This document shows positions 35,061-42,077 of a stretch of 42,077 nucleotides of DNA, in pieces (the first letter of the stretch is position 1; each line of letters opens with the position of its first letter). This DNA is from Acidobacteriota bacterium (GTDB lineage: Bacteria; Acidobacteriota; Vicinamibacteria; Fen-336). The stretch is from contig JANMPI010000044.1 of NCBI GenBank assembly GCA_031369785.1, positions 1 to 42,077 on the forward strand, written 5' to 3'. Under the pieces are notes generated by a model, which was given only the letters and a program-made list of their open reading frames with translations, was not told the origin of the DNA and searched no databases. A program made the translations under genes and the position numbers.

Positions 35061-36599
35061 CTATGCCTTCTGCGCCACGGGAATGACGAGCGTGAACGTG
35101 CTCCCCTTACCCGGAGTGCTGTCGATGTCCACCGTGCCGCCGTGCGCTTCCATGATGTGCTCCACGAGCGAAAGCCCCAGGCCGCTGCCCTTGGTCTCGT
35201 GCACGAGGCTCGCCTCGCCCCGGTAGAACTTCTCGAAGATCTTCCTGTGCTCCGCCTTCGGCACCCCGATCCCGCGGTCGGAAACCGAGATGGTGACGGC
35301 ATCGCCGGCGCGTCGCACGGTCAGGGCGATCGACTTCGCCTCGCGCGAGTACTTGATCGCATTATTGACGAGGTTCAGCAGCGCCTGGCCGAGCGCCTCG
35401 CTGTCCGCTTCGACTTCCGGCAGGTCGGGCTCGATGTCGACGGTGAGCTCGAAACCCTGCTGCTCGATCGGAAAGCGGTAGGCCTCGAGGACCTCGTTCA
35501 CGATCCGCGCCACGCTCGTGGGCGCGAACCGGTACTCCTTGCGCCCGGCCTCGATGCGCGAGAAGTCGAGGATGTTGTTGATGAGCTGGGTGAGCCGCTG
35601 GCTCTCCTTGTTGATGACGCGGTAGTACTGCCGGGCCTTGTCCTCGGAGGGGACGCGGCCGAGCTCGAGGGTTTCGGCGAACAGGCGGATGAGGGCGAGC
35701 GGCGTCTTCAGCTCGTGGCTCACGTTGGCCACGAAGTCGCTCTTCAGGCGCGACAGGTGCGCCTCGCGCCGCACGTTGCTGTAGACGAGGAAGAGCCCCG
35801 CGCCGAGCATCAGGTCGATGAAGCCGATGAGGGCCAGGGTGCCCATCTCCCAGCGGCGCACGTCCTGCTCGATGGAGAGATCGCGGTAGCGCAGGGCGAG
35901 GCGCAGTCCACGCAGCGACGGCGTCTCCATCGCGCGCTCGACCTCGAACTTGCCGTGGGGCGTGGGCGCGGTCTCGTAGACGGTGCGGCCGACGGCGTCC
36001 GTGACGCGCACGACGGTGGCCTGGTCGGGGTTCACGAAGTCGTGGGCGAAGTAGTCGGGGATGAGCTGGTTGAGGATGAAGTCGGGCTTGAAACGGAAGC
36101 GGAGGACGCCCGCCGCCTTGCCCTCGGGGTCGACCCACGGCATCACGTCCTCCGTGCGTGGCGCGGCCGGGCCCAGGCCCTTGAGGATGTCGCGCGGCGA
36201 CTGCGCGCGGCTCTCCTCCACCGGCAGCCAGTGCCGGCTCGGCGATGAGGCGCCCTCGAGGTGCAGGGTCTCGAAGATGTGGCCGTCGAGGCCGGCGCTC
36301 TCGAGTGCGATCGCGATGACGTGCTCGCGGCCGTCGAGCAGGCGCTCCCACCCGACCATCTGCGCGGACTCGAGGGCGCGGGCCTGGGCGGCGCGCGCGA
36401 GGTCCTTCTCGATGTCGGCGAGGGTGTTGGCGGCGCGCTTGAAGCCCATCTCCTTGTTCGCCTTCGCGAGCTGGGGCACGAACTCCACGGACACGTACGA
36501 AAGCGCCAGCGACGGGAGCAGCACCGCGCCGACGAAGATGGACGCCAGGCGACCCTTTGGATCGTGGGGCGCCGTGACGCGATTCAGGGGGTCGGACAT
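35061..36599 (-). CDS. sensor histidine kinase with two TM helices and a periplasmic domain of about 240 aa
   Basis: ORF 35061..36599. H-box FVANVSHELKTPL, N-box LLNLVNNAIKYS, G1 SDRGIGV and G2 GSGLGLSL. TM2 runs directly into the DHp domain with no obvious HAMP. Confidence 0.9.
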   Translation of the reverse strand: MSDPLNRVTAPHDPKGRLASIFVGAVLLPSLALSYVSVEFVPQLAKANKEMGFKRAANTLADIEKDLARAAQARALESAQMVGWERLLDGREHVIAIALESAGLDGHIFETLHLEGASSPSRHWLPVEESRAQSPRDILKGLGPAAPRTEDVMPWVDPEGKAAGVLRFRFKPDFILNQLIPDYFAHDFVNPDQATVVRVTDAVGRTVYETAPTPHGKFEVERAMETPSLRGLRLALRYRDLSIEQDVRRWEMGTLALIGFIDLMLGAGLFLVYSNVRREAHLSRLKSDFVANVSHELKTPLALIRLFAETLELGRVPSEDKARQYYRVINKESQRLTQLINNILDFSRIEAGRKEYRFAPTSVARIVNEVLEAYRFPIEQQGFELTVDIEPDLPEVEADSEALGQALLNLVNNAIKYSREAKSIALTVRRAGDAVTISVSDRGIGVPKAEHRKIFEKFYRGEASLVHETKGSGLGLSLVEHIMEAHGGTVDIDSTPGKGSTFTLVIPVAQKA

Positions 36600-36678
36600 G
36601 CGCTGTCAAAATGTACACTACGACCCGTAAGCCTTTGTGCCTCAAAACGCAACCGCGGGTTAAACGTGGTGCGGCGGC

Positions 36679-38460
36679 CTAGGGCCGGTAGCGGACGAGC
36701 ACGGCTTCGGCGAGGTTCCAGCCGCCGATCGCCACCTGGCCCGCGACCAGCGTGACGGCGGCGGCGCGCCAGGCCCCCCCTCGCGCGTACAGGGCGACGG
36801 CGCCCCGCCCCCCGGCGGCGGCGACCGCCGGCGCCAGCGCGTAGAGGTAGCGGACCTCGAGCGGAGAGACGATCGCGGGCACGGCGAGCAGGCCGCAGCC
36901 GACCCACCATGCCGCGAGGTCGCGATCGAGACCGCCGGCGTGCCACCGCGGCCGTCCAAACCACGCCAGGACGGTCACCGCCGGCCCCCAGCCGAGAATC
37001 GCGCCCATCAGCTGGGCCCCGACCGCGGCCGTCAGGCCTCCGCCCTCGGCGCCGCGACCGCCCTCCAGAAGGCGCGGCAGCTGCGACGCCACGAGACCCA
37101 CGTGGTGCGCGTAATAGGCGGCGGACAGCGTCACGCCGAGCACGAGTGCAACCGTCCGCGTCCGATCCCTTTCGTCCCGTCTCGCGATGGCGAGGGCGGC
37201 CGCGAGTGCGATGACGACGACGAGGCTCGAGAAGTGCGCGGTGGCGGCGAGGGCGAGCAGGATGGCGCCGGTCGGCCATCGTCCCGCCGCGCGCCCGGCC
37301 CACCACGCGAAGAACACGATCGTCGCGGACTGGCCAAAGGCGTTGGAGAGATTGCCGTACGAGTACGGGACGTCGAAGGTGGCGGGGAGCAGCTGGAGAA
37401 GGACCACCGCGAGCCCCGCGATCGCCGCGCCGCTCTCCAGCAAAACGACGAAGAGCGCCGCCGACGCGAGGATTCCCGCGATCGCGGCGCCGAGGCGCAC
37501 GAGGGTGACTCCGTCGATTCCGGCCCGGAGCAGCGGCGCCAGCAGCGCGTAGAACGAGACGCCGTACGGAAAGCGGAATGGCGGCGCGTGCTGGGTGATG
37601 CTGGTCGGAAACAAGTCGCCGGCCGCGACACGCGCCAGCGTGTTCGCGTGGAAGACGGCGTCGCTCACCACCATCACCGGTGACGTCGCGAGCACGCCCT
37701 GGACGATCCAGGCCGCTGCCATCGCGACGAGCGCCCACCGCGCGGCGCCCGGCCGTCGACGATCCATCCACCAGGCGAAGGCGCCGGCGGCGACGAGGCC
37801 GGTCACGATCAGGACCGCGAGCCGCGTCGCGTACGGCGCGCGTGAGAGACCGCACGGCCACAGGATCGCCGTCTGCACCACGGTGACGACCATGGCCAGC
37901 GTCGCCGCGCCCACGCCGCCGAGCCGCGCGCCGCGGCCCACCACCGCCGCGACGAGCGCGGGGAGGATGAAGAGAGCGAGCAGGCCGAGCGCGGGAGCGG
38001 AGCTGCTCGACGGCCGCAGGGACACGCGTTGAAGGCGCGTGCCCAGCTGGCGGCCATCTCCCGCCGCGAAGGCGGGAACCTCGAGCTGGACGCTGCGGGA
38101 CGAGCGGGCAGTCGCGGCGAGATGAAACGTGCCCGTCGTGGCGCCGACGGGGACGACGCCCACCACTATCCCATCGGCGGCGACGACCACCGGACCACGG
38201 TGACCCGCGACCGCCACCTCGAGGTCGGCCTCGCCGGCGGGGAGGCGGTCGAATGCAAATGCGACACGGCCGGTCGTCCACCGGATGGGCGCCTGGCGGG
38301 GTGGGAGCTCCCGGCGGTGGAGTCCCGTTGCGAAGGCGTCCTCGGTCCCGCGGCCCGCGTCCGCCGATGGCGCCGGACCCCATTGATCGACGGCGACCGC
38401 TGCCATGGCCGCGAAGAGCGCGGCGGCGAGCAGGGCCATTCCCGTCGCGGACCGCGCCAT
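36679..38460 (-). CDS. large polytopic membrane protein, possibly a GT-C-fold glycosyltransferase
   Basis: ORF 36679..38460, 593 aa. Signal/TM, then a beta-rich domain of about 130 aa (GLHRRELPPRQAPIRWTTGRVAFAFDRLP...), then about 12 hydrophobic helices. The first large loop reads VVSDAVFHANTLARVAAGDLF...FRFPYGVSFY, reminiscent of GT-C (PMT/GT87-like) loops. The family call is tentative. Confidence 0.55.
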   Translation of the reverse strand: MARSATGMALLAAALFAAMAAVAVDQWGPAPSADAGRGTEDAFATGLHRRELPPRQAPIRWTTGRVAFAFDRLPAGEADLEVAVAGHRGPVVVAADGIVVGVVPVGATTGTFHLAATARSSRSVQLEVPAFAAGDGRQLGTRLQRVSLRPSSSSAPALGLLALFILPALVAAVVGRGARLGGVGAATLAMVVTVVQTAILWPCGLSRAPYATRLAVLIVTGLVAAGAFAWWMDRRRPGAARWALVAMAAAWIVQGVLATSPVMVVSDAVFHANTLARVAAGDLFPTSITQHAPPFRFPYGVSFYALLAPLLRAGIDGVTLVRLGAAIAGILASAALFVVLLESGAAIAGLAVVLLQLLPATFDVPYSYGNLSNAFGQSATIVFFAWWAGRAAGRWPTGAILLALAATAHFSSLVVVIALAAALAIARRDERDRTRTVALVLGVTLSAAYYAHHVGLVASQLPRLLEGGRGAEGGGLTAAVGAQLMGAILGWGPAVTVLAWFGRPRWHAGGLDRDLAAWWVGCGLLAVPAIVSPLEVRYLYALAPAVAAAGGRGAVALYARGGAWRAAAVTLVAGQVAIGGWNLAEAVLVRYRP

Positions 38461-38616
38461 TGGGGTCGGAGTCTATCCCACCGGACGGCCGCGGCGCCGT
38501 TGACACAAACGCCGGTGGCCCGGCGCTTGCATAGGAAATGTCACCGAGCGTGACTCGCCGCCACCTGGTCCGACGACGCGAACGGCGTCACGCCCCAAAC
38601 AAGGAGATCAATAACG

Positions 38617-39150
38617 ATGGCCGACTACAAAGACCCGAACAAGGATCTGAACACTGCGGCGAACAGGGACGCGAACCGTGACCCGCTCTCGGGCGCGCCC
38701 GGTGCGCACCCGGTGGGTGTCGGCGCCGGCGCTTCCGGCGGTGGCCTGACCGGTGCGGCCATCGGCGGAGCGGTGGGCGGGCCGATCGGCGCCGTGGTCG
38801 GCGCGGCGGTGGGCGCCGTGGCGGGCGGCCTGGCCGGAAAGGGCGCGGCCGAGGCCGTGAACCCGACCGTCGAGGACGCCTACTGGCGCGACAACTACCG
38901 CACGCGTCCGTACGCGACCGCGGGGACGAGCTATGACCAGTACCGTCCGGCGTACCAGTACGGCTGGGAGTCGGCGGGCCGGTACAAGGGCCGGAAGTTC
39001 GACGAAGTCGAGCCCGAGCTGCGCAAGAGCTGGGAGTCCAATCCCAGCAACGCGAAGCTGCAGTGGGAGCAGGCCAAGCAGCCGGTGCGTGACGCGTGGC
39101 ACCGTATCGAGCGCGCCATTCCCGGCGACGCCGACCACGACGGTCGGTAA
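38617..39150 (+). CDS. glycine-zipper protein with a conserved Tyr/Trp-rich C-terminal domain (stress-protein-like)
   Basis: ORF 38617..39150. AGGAG (38602-38606) lies 10 nt upstream of the ATG. Gly-zipper GVGAGASGGGLTGAAIGGAVGGPIGAVVGAAVGAVAGGLAG, then EDAYWRDNYRTRPY...YDQYRPAYQYGWES...W...RDAWHR. Confidence 0.7.
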   Translation: MADYKDPNKDLNTAANRDANRDPLSGAPGAHPVGVGAGASGGGLTGAAIGGAVGGPIGAVVGAAVGAVAGGLAGKGAAEAVNPTVEDAYWRDNYRTRPYATAGTSYDQYRPAYQYGWESAGRYKGRKFDEVEPELRKSWESNPSNAKLQWEQAKQPVRDAWHRIERAIPGDADHDGR

Positions 39151-39165
39151 CAGCTAGTCGGACAC

Positions 39166-39200
39166 GGGGGACCGCCGCGCGACGAGCGCTCCGGTCCCCC
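39166..39200 (+). terminator. candidate intrinsic terminator hairpin
   Basis: GGGGGACCG (39166-39174) pairs perfectly with CGGTCCCCC (39192-39200). An inner GCGC/GCGC pairing surrounds a GACGA loop. Followed by CTTCGTCGTT (T-containing but not a clean U-tract). Begins 16 nt after the stop of the glycine-zipper gene. Confidence 0.45.
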
Positions 39201-39230
39201 CTTCGTCGTTGGCTCGCTCGTTGCGATACG

Positions 39231-40316
39231 ATGCCCGCCATGCGGGCGGTCGCGGTGGTGCCGGGACAACCCGGCAGCACTCATCTCGAGAACGACGCGC
39301 CCGACCCCCTCGTCGGCAACGACCAAGCGCTCGTGCGCGTGCTGGAGACGGGGATCTGCGGCACCGACGTGGAGATCTACGACGGCCTCTACGGTGAAGC
39401 GCCCCCCGAGTCGCCCTTCCTGATCCTCGGCCACGAGAACCTCGGCGTCGTCGAGTCCTGTCCGTCGGGGACGCACCTCCAGTCCGGAGACCTTGTCGTC
39501 TGCACCGTGCGGCGGCCCTGCCCGGAGCGCTGCGCGCCGTGCGCGCGCGGACAGATGGACATGTGCGTCACCGGCCACTTCCGCGAGCGCGGCATCCGCG
39601 GCCTGCACGGCTTCATGTCGGAAAGGTACGCCGAGTCCCCCGCGTACCTGGTGAAGCTCGGCGCTCACCTGCGCCCCTTCGCGGTCCTGCTCGAGCCGAT
39701 GAGCATCGTGCAGAAGGGCGTCGGCCATGCGTACCACATCCAGGAACGGCTCTCCTGGCAGCCTCGGACCGCCGTGGTCCTCGGCGCGGGCCCGGTGGGG
39801 ATCCTGGCCGCCGCCACGCTGCGCCTGCGCGGGCTCGACGTCACCGTGGTCGCCCTCGAGGCCGAGGGCTCGTTCAAGGACCGCCTGTTGCGCGAGGCCG
39901 GCATCCACTACCTGAGCAGCGTGGGCACGCCGCTGGCCGAGCTGCCGCGGCGCCTCGGTAGCATAGACATCGTCTTCGAGGCGACGGGGGCTCCGGGCGT
40001 CCTCTTCCCCGCCATGCGATTGCTCGGTCCCGACGGCGTCTGCATCCTGTCGAGCGTGACCGGCGGCACGTCGGCGGCGACGGTCGACGTCGCCACGTGG
40101 AATCGGGACATGGTCCTCGGCAACCGCGTGGTGTTCGGCACCGTGAACGCCGGGCGAGCGCACTTCGAGTCCGGGGCGCGCGACTTCGAGCTCGCGGAGG
40201 AGCGGCTTCCCGGATGGCTCGGCCGCCTGATCACCCGCCGGGTTCCCTTCACCGACGTCACCACGGCGCTCGACCGCCGTCCCGAGGACATCAAGACCGT
40301 CCTCGTCTTCCACTAG
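39231..40316 (+). CDS. zinc-dependent MDR-family glucose 1-dehydrogenase (archaeal/Sulfolobus type)
   Basis: Part of ORF 39096..40316. ATG 39231 (or 39240). Contains GICGTDVEI, LGHENLGVV, GDLVVCTVRRPC...C..C, GLHGFMSERY, YLVKL, LEPMSIVQKG, GAGPVGIL, VFEATGA and GTVNAGRAHF. Collinear with the Sulfolobus/Thermoplasma GDH pattern as I recall it. Confidence 0.75.
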   Translation: MPAMRAVAVVPGQPGSTHLENDAPDPLVGNDQALVRVLETGICGTDVEIYDGLYGEAPPESPFLILGHENLGVVESCPSGTHLQSGDLVVCTVRRPCPERCAPCARGQMDMCVTGHFRERGIRGLHGFMSERYAESPAYLVKLGAHLRPFAVLLEPMSIVQKGVGHAYHIQERLSWQPRTAVVLGAGPVGILAAATLRLRGLDVTVVALEAEGSFKDRLLREAGIHYLSSVGTPLAELPRRLGSIDIVFEATGAPGVLFPAMRLLGPDGVCILSSVTGGTSAATVDVATWNRDMVLGNRVVFGTVNAGRAHFESGARDFELAEERLPGWLGRLITRRVPFTDVTTALDRRPEDIKTVLVFH

Positions 40317-40325
40317 GGCGGCGCA

Positions 40326-40796
40326 GTGGCCGACCACACCGCCCGCGACAAGGTCATCGCTTCCAACCGGAAGGCGCTCTTCAACTACGAGATCTTCGAG
40401 CGCGCGGAGGCCGGGATGGTGCTCGCGGGATCGGAGGTGAAGTCGATCCGCGACGGGGGGCTCAACTTCCGCGACTCCTTCGTCGACTTCCGCGGCGGAG
40501 AGCTCTGGCTCGTCGGCTGCCTGATCGGGCCCTACAGCCATTCGAACATCCAGAACCACGCGGAGGGCCGCGAGCGGAAGCTCCTTCTCCATAAGAAGGA
40601 GATCCTGAAGCTCGGGGGCAAGGCCAGCGAGCGCGGCTACACGATCATTCCCCTGAAGGCGTACTTCAAGAACGGCCGGGTGAAGATCGAGATCGGCCTC
40701 GCGCGCGGCAAGAAGTCGCACGACAAGCGCGAGTCGATCAAGCGCAAGGACATCGAGCGCGACACCAGGCAGGCGGTCCGGGACCGCGATCGCTAG
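40326..40796 (+). CDS. smpB: SsrA-binding protein
   Basis: ORF 40326..40796 (GTG start). Contains NRKALFNYEI.E..EAG.VL.GSEVKSIR, RKLLLHKKEI, GYTIIPLKAYFKNGRVKIEIGLARGKK and a basic C-terminal tail. Confidence 0.92.
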   Translation: MADHTARDKVIASNRKALFNYEIFERAEAGMVLAGSEVKSIRDGGLNFRDSFVDFRGGELWLVGCLIGPYSHSNIQNHAEGRERKLLLHKKEILKLGGKASERGYTIIPLKAYFKNGRVKIEIGLARGKKSHDKRESIKRKDIERDTRQAVRDRDR

Positions 40797-41785
40797 CGGG
40801 ACGCGAGACGGCGGCGGCTCGCGACCAGCGTCGACGCGAGCTCGATGGCAGCCAGGAGGCTCCCCGCGTCCGCCGTCCCCGTGCCGACGATGTCGAAGCC
40901 GGTGCCGTGATCGACCGAGGTCCGCACGAACGGCAGGCCGAGGGTCACGTTCACCGCGTGCCCGAAGGAAACGAGCTTCACCGGGATCAAGCCCTGGTCG
41001 TGATACTGCGCGATCACGGCGTCGAACTCGCCGCGGACCGCGCGCACGAACAGGCTGTCGGCGGGAAAGGGCCCCGAGACCTCGATCCCTTCCGCGCGCA
41101 GTCGCGCGATCGCGGGGGTGAGGACCTCGATTTCCTCGCGCCCGAAGAGCCCCGCCTCGCCGGCGTGGGGGTTGACCGCGCAGAGCGCGATGCGGCGCCG
41201 CTCCGCGCCCAGCGCGGGCAGCTCGCGGTGGACGAGGCGCACGACGCGCGTCACTTCGTCGTGGGTCACCGCGTCGGGCACGGAGCGCAGCGACCGGTGG
41301 ATCGTCACCAGCGCGACGCGCAGCCCGCCGCCGACGAACAGCATCGCCACGTCGCTCACCTGCGCGACGTCGGCCAGCATCTCGGTGTGCCCCGGCCAGG
41401 GGTGCCCGGCCGCGGCCAGCGACTCCTTGTTGAGGGGCGCGGTGACGATGCCATCGATCCGGCCGGCCAGCGCGTCACGCGATGCGGCCAGCACCGCCGC
41501 CGCCGCGACCCGTCCGCCGCCCGCCGATGCGCGGCCCTCCGCCACGTCGCGCGCCGGCCCCACGTCGACGAAGCGCACGCCCTCCGGCGGCCCGGCCATC
41601 TCGAGCTGCCGCGCGCGGTCTTCGAGCACGTCGGCGGGGCCGTAGATCGAGAACTCGCCCGCGGGCGGGGTCGCCGCGGCGAGCGCCTTGATCACGATCT
41701 CGGGGCCGATTCCTGCCGGATCGCCCGCGGTCACGGCGAGCCGCGCGATCACGCGCCGCCCCTCATTCGGCCGCTCGTCCAGCAC
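40793..41785 (-). CDS. pdxA: 4-hydroxythreonine-4-phosphate dehydrogenase
   Basis: ORF 40793..41785 (GTG 41785, or GTG 41752). Contains LAVTAGDPAGIGPEIVIKA, VTAPLNK, GHTEML, NPHAGE, QYHDQGLIP, NVTLGLPFVRTSVDHGT. Confidence 0.9.
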   Translation of the reverse strand: MLDERPNEGRRVIARLAVTAGDPAGIGPEIVIKALAAATPPAGEFSIYGPADVLEDRARQLEMAGPPEGVRFVDVGPARDVAEGRASAGGGRVAAAAVLAASRDALAGRIDGIVTAPLNKESLAAAGHPWPGHTEMLADVAQVSDVAMLFVGGGLRVALVTIHRSLRSVPDAVTHDEVTRVVRLVHRELPALGAERRRIALCAVNPHAGEAGLFGREEIEVLTPAIARLRAEGIEVSGPFPADSLFVRAVRGEFDAVIAQYHDQGLIPVKLVSFGHAVNVTLGLPFVRTSVDHGTGFDIVGTGTADAGSLLAAIELASTLVASRRRLASR

Positions 41786-41834
41786 GCGGCGACACTAGCA
41801 GAATCACGGTTCAAACGTGCTACCGTCACGTCCA

Positions 41835-42077
41835 GTGAGCAGCAGCCCGGCCCGCGTACTGCGCGGCATCCGCGTCCTCATGGTCGAGGACGACGAGGAC
41901 ACGCAGGCCACCATGCGTCTCATGCTCGAGATGGAAGGCGCGATCGTCGCCTGCGCGCGCTCCGCGGCGGAAGGGCTGCGCGCGTTCTTCGCGCAGCGTC
42001 CCGACGTCCTCGTCTGCGATCTGGGGCTTCCGGGGGCGGACGGATACGCCTTCATCCGCCAGATCCGCGAGCTGCCC
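41835..42077 (+). CDS. response-regulator receiver domain protein, 3' end cut by the window edge
   Basis: Absent from the ORF track because it runs off the edge. Translation from GTG 41835 gives VSSSPARVLRGIRVLMVEDDEDTQATMRLMLEMEGAIVACARSAAEGLRAFFAQRPDVLVCDLGLPGADGYAFIRQIRELP. This has the DD acidic pocket and the phospho-acceptor Asp in VLVCDLGLPG. The minus-strand ORF 41804..42055 is its antisense artefact. Confidence 0.75.
   Translation, partial: MSSSPARVLRGIRVLMVEDDEDTQATMRLMLEMEGAIVACARSAAEGLRAFFAQRPDVLVCDLGLPGADGYAFIRQIRELP

Noticed and set aside
36600-36678. Possible promoter for the histidine kinase gene on the minus strand (TTGAGG-N19-TAGTGT, or a TACATT -10 about 10 nt before the ATG).
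   Set aside because: The spacer is too long for the first pairing, and the second has no -35 element. The evidence is too weak to annotate. A leaderless transcript is possible but unsupported.
38500-38536. Consensus -35 hexamer TTGACA upstream of the glycine-zipper gene as a sigma70 promoter.
   Set aside because: No acceptable -10 hexamer lies 16-19 nt downstream. The nearest candidate, ATAGGA/CATAGG, is about 25 nt away. It is therefore not called as a promoter feature.
40317-40800. Looked for a tmRNA (ssrA) gene next to smpB.
   Set aside because: Both flanks of smpB are fully occupied by coding sequence (the glucose dehydrogenase gene 9 nt upstream, pdxA overlapping downstream). I saw no tRNA-like acceptor/T-arm or tag-peptide reading frame. 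ssrA must lie elsewhere.
41804-42055. 83-aa minus-strand ORF at the 3' end of the window.
   Set aside because: The + strand frame from GTG 41835 encodes a textbook response-regulator receiver domain. The minus ORF is its antisense shadow.

Overview
Very GC-rich, densely coding bacterial chromosomal window with strong GC3 bias. The six-frame track therefore contains many long spurious antisense ORFs. I support about 41 CDS. I found no rRNA, tRNA, CRISPR array, transposase or integrase.

Gene content, 5' to 3':
- (1) A 3'-truncated CNNM/CorC-type membrane protein (minus strand).
- (2) A 2-oxoacid dehydrogenase operon, lpdA-E1alpha-E1beta-E2-lipB (plus strand).
- (3) A large-subunit catalase and an FAD oxidase-like gene (plus strand).
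- (4) A minus-strand futalosine-pathway menaquinone operon: mqnE-mqnA-mqnC, two unknown membrane proteins, an amidohydrolase, mqnP, ubiE and a GAF protein. Most junctions overlap by 1-14 nt. It is divergent from a UbiD-family decarboxylase gene.
- (5) An M23 peptidase and a CaCA antiporter (plus strand).
- (6) A roughly 12 kb minus-strand type-IV-filament-superfamily locus: gspF, gspE, pilM, pilN, pilO, two GspG-like pseudopilins, a PilP/GspC-like protein, a secretin, two paralogous Ig-like proteins, a lytic transglycosylase and a Glu5-less pilin. A histidine kinase/OmpR-type regulator pair and a large polytopic membrane protein lie upstream.
- (7) A glycine-zipper protein, a Sulfolobus-type glucose dehydrogenase, smpB, pdxA (minus strand) and a truncated response regulator.

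The most unusual item is the filament/secretion locus. It mixes T2SS-type pseudopilins with a T4aP-type split PilM/N/O platform. Its secretin appears to be a fusion of an N-terminal TPR module, the secretin core, a roughly 140-residue Pro-rich linker and a C-terminal cohesin-like domain. Second is the pair of uncharacterised membrane proteins, plus the GAF protein, that are translationally coupled inside the menaquinone operon.

All functional calls come from motif recognition by eye. No database search was run.
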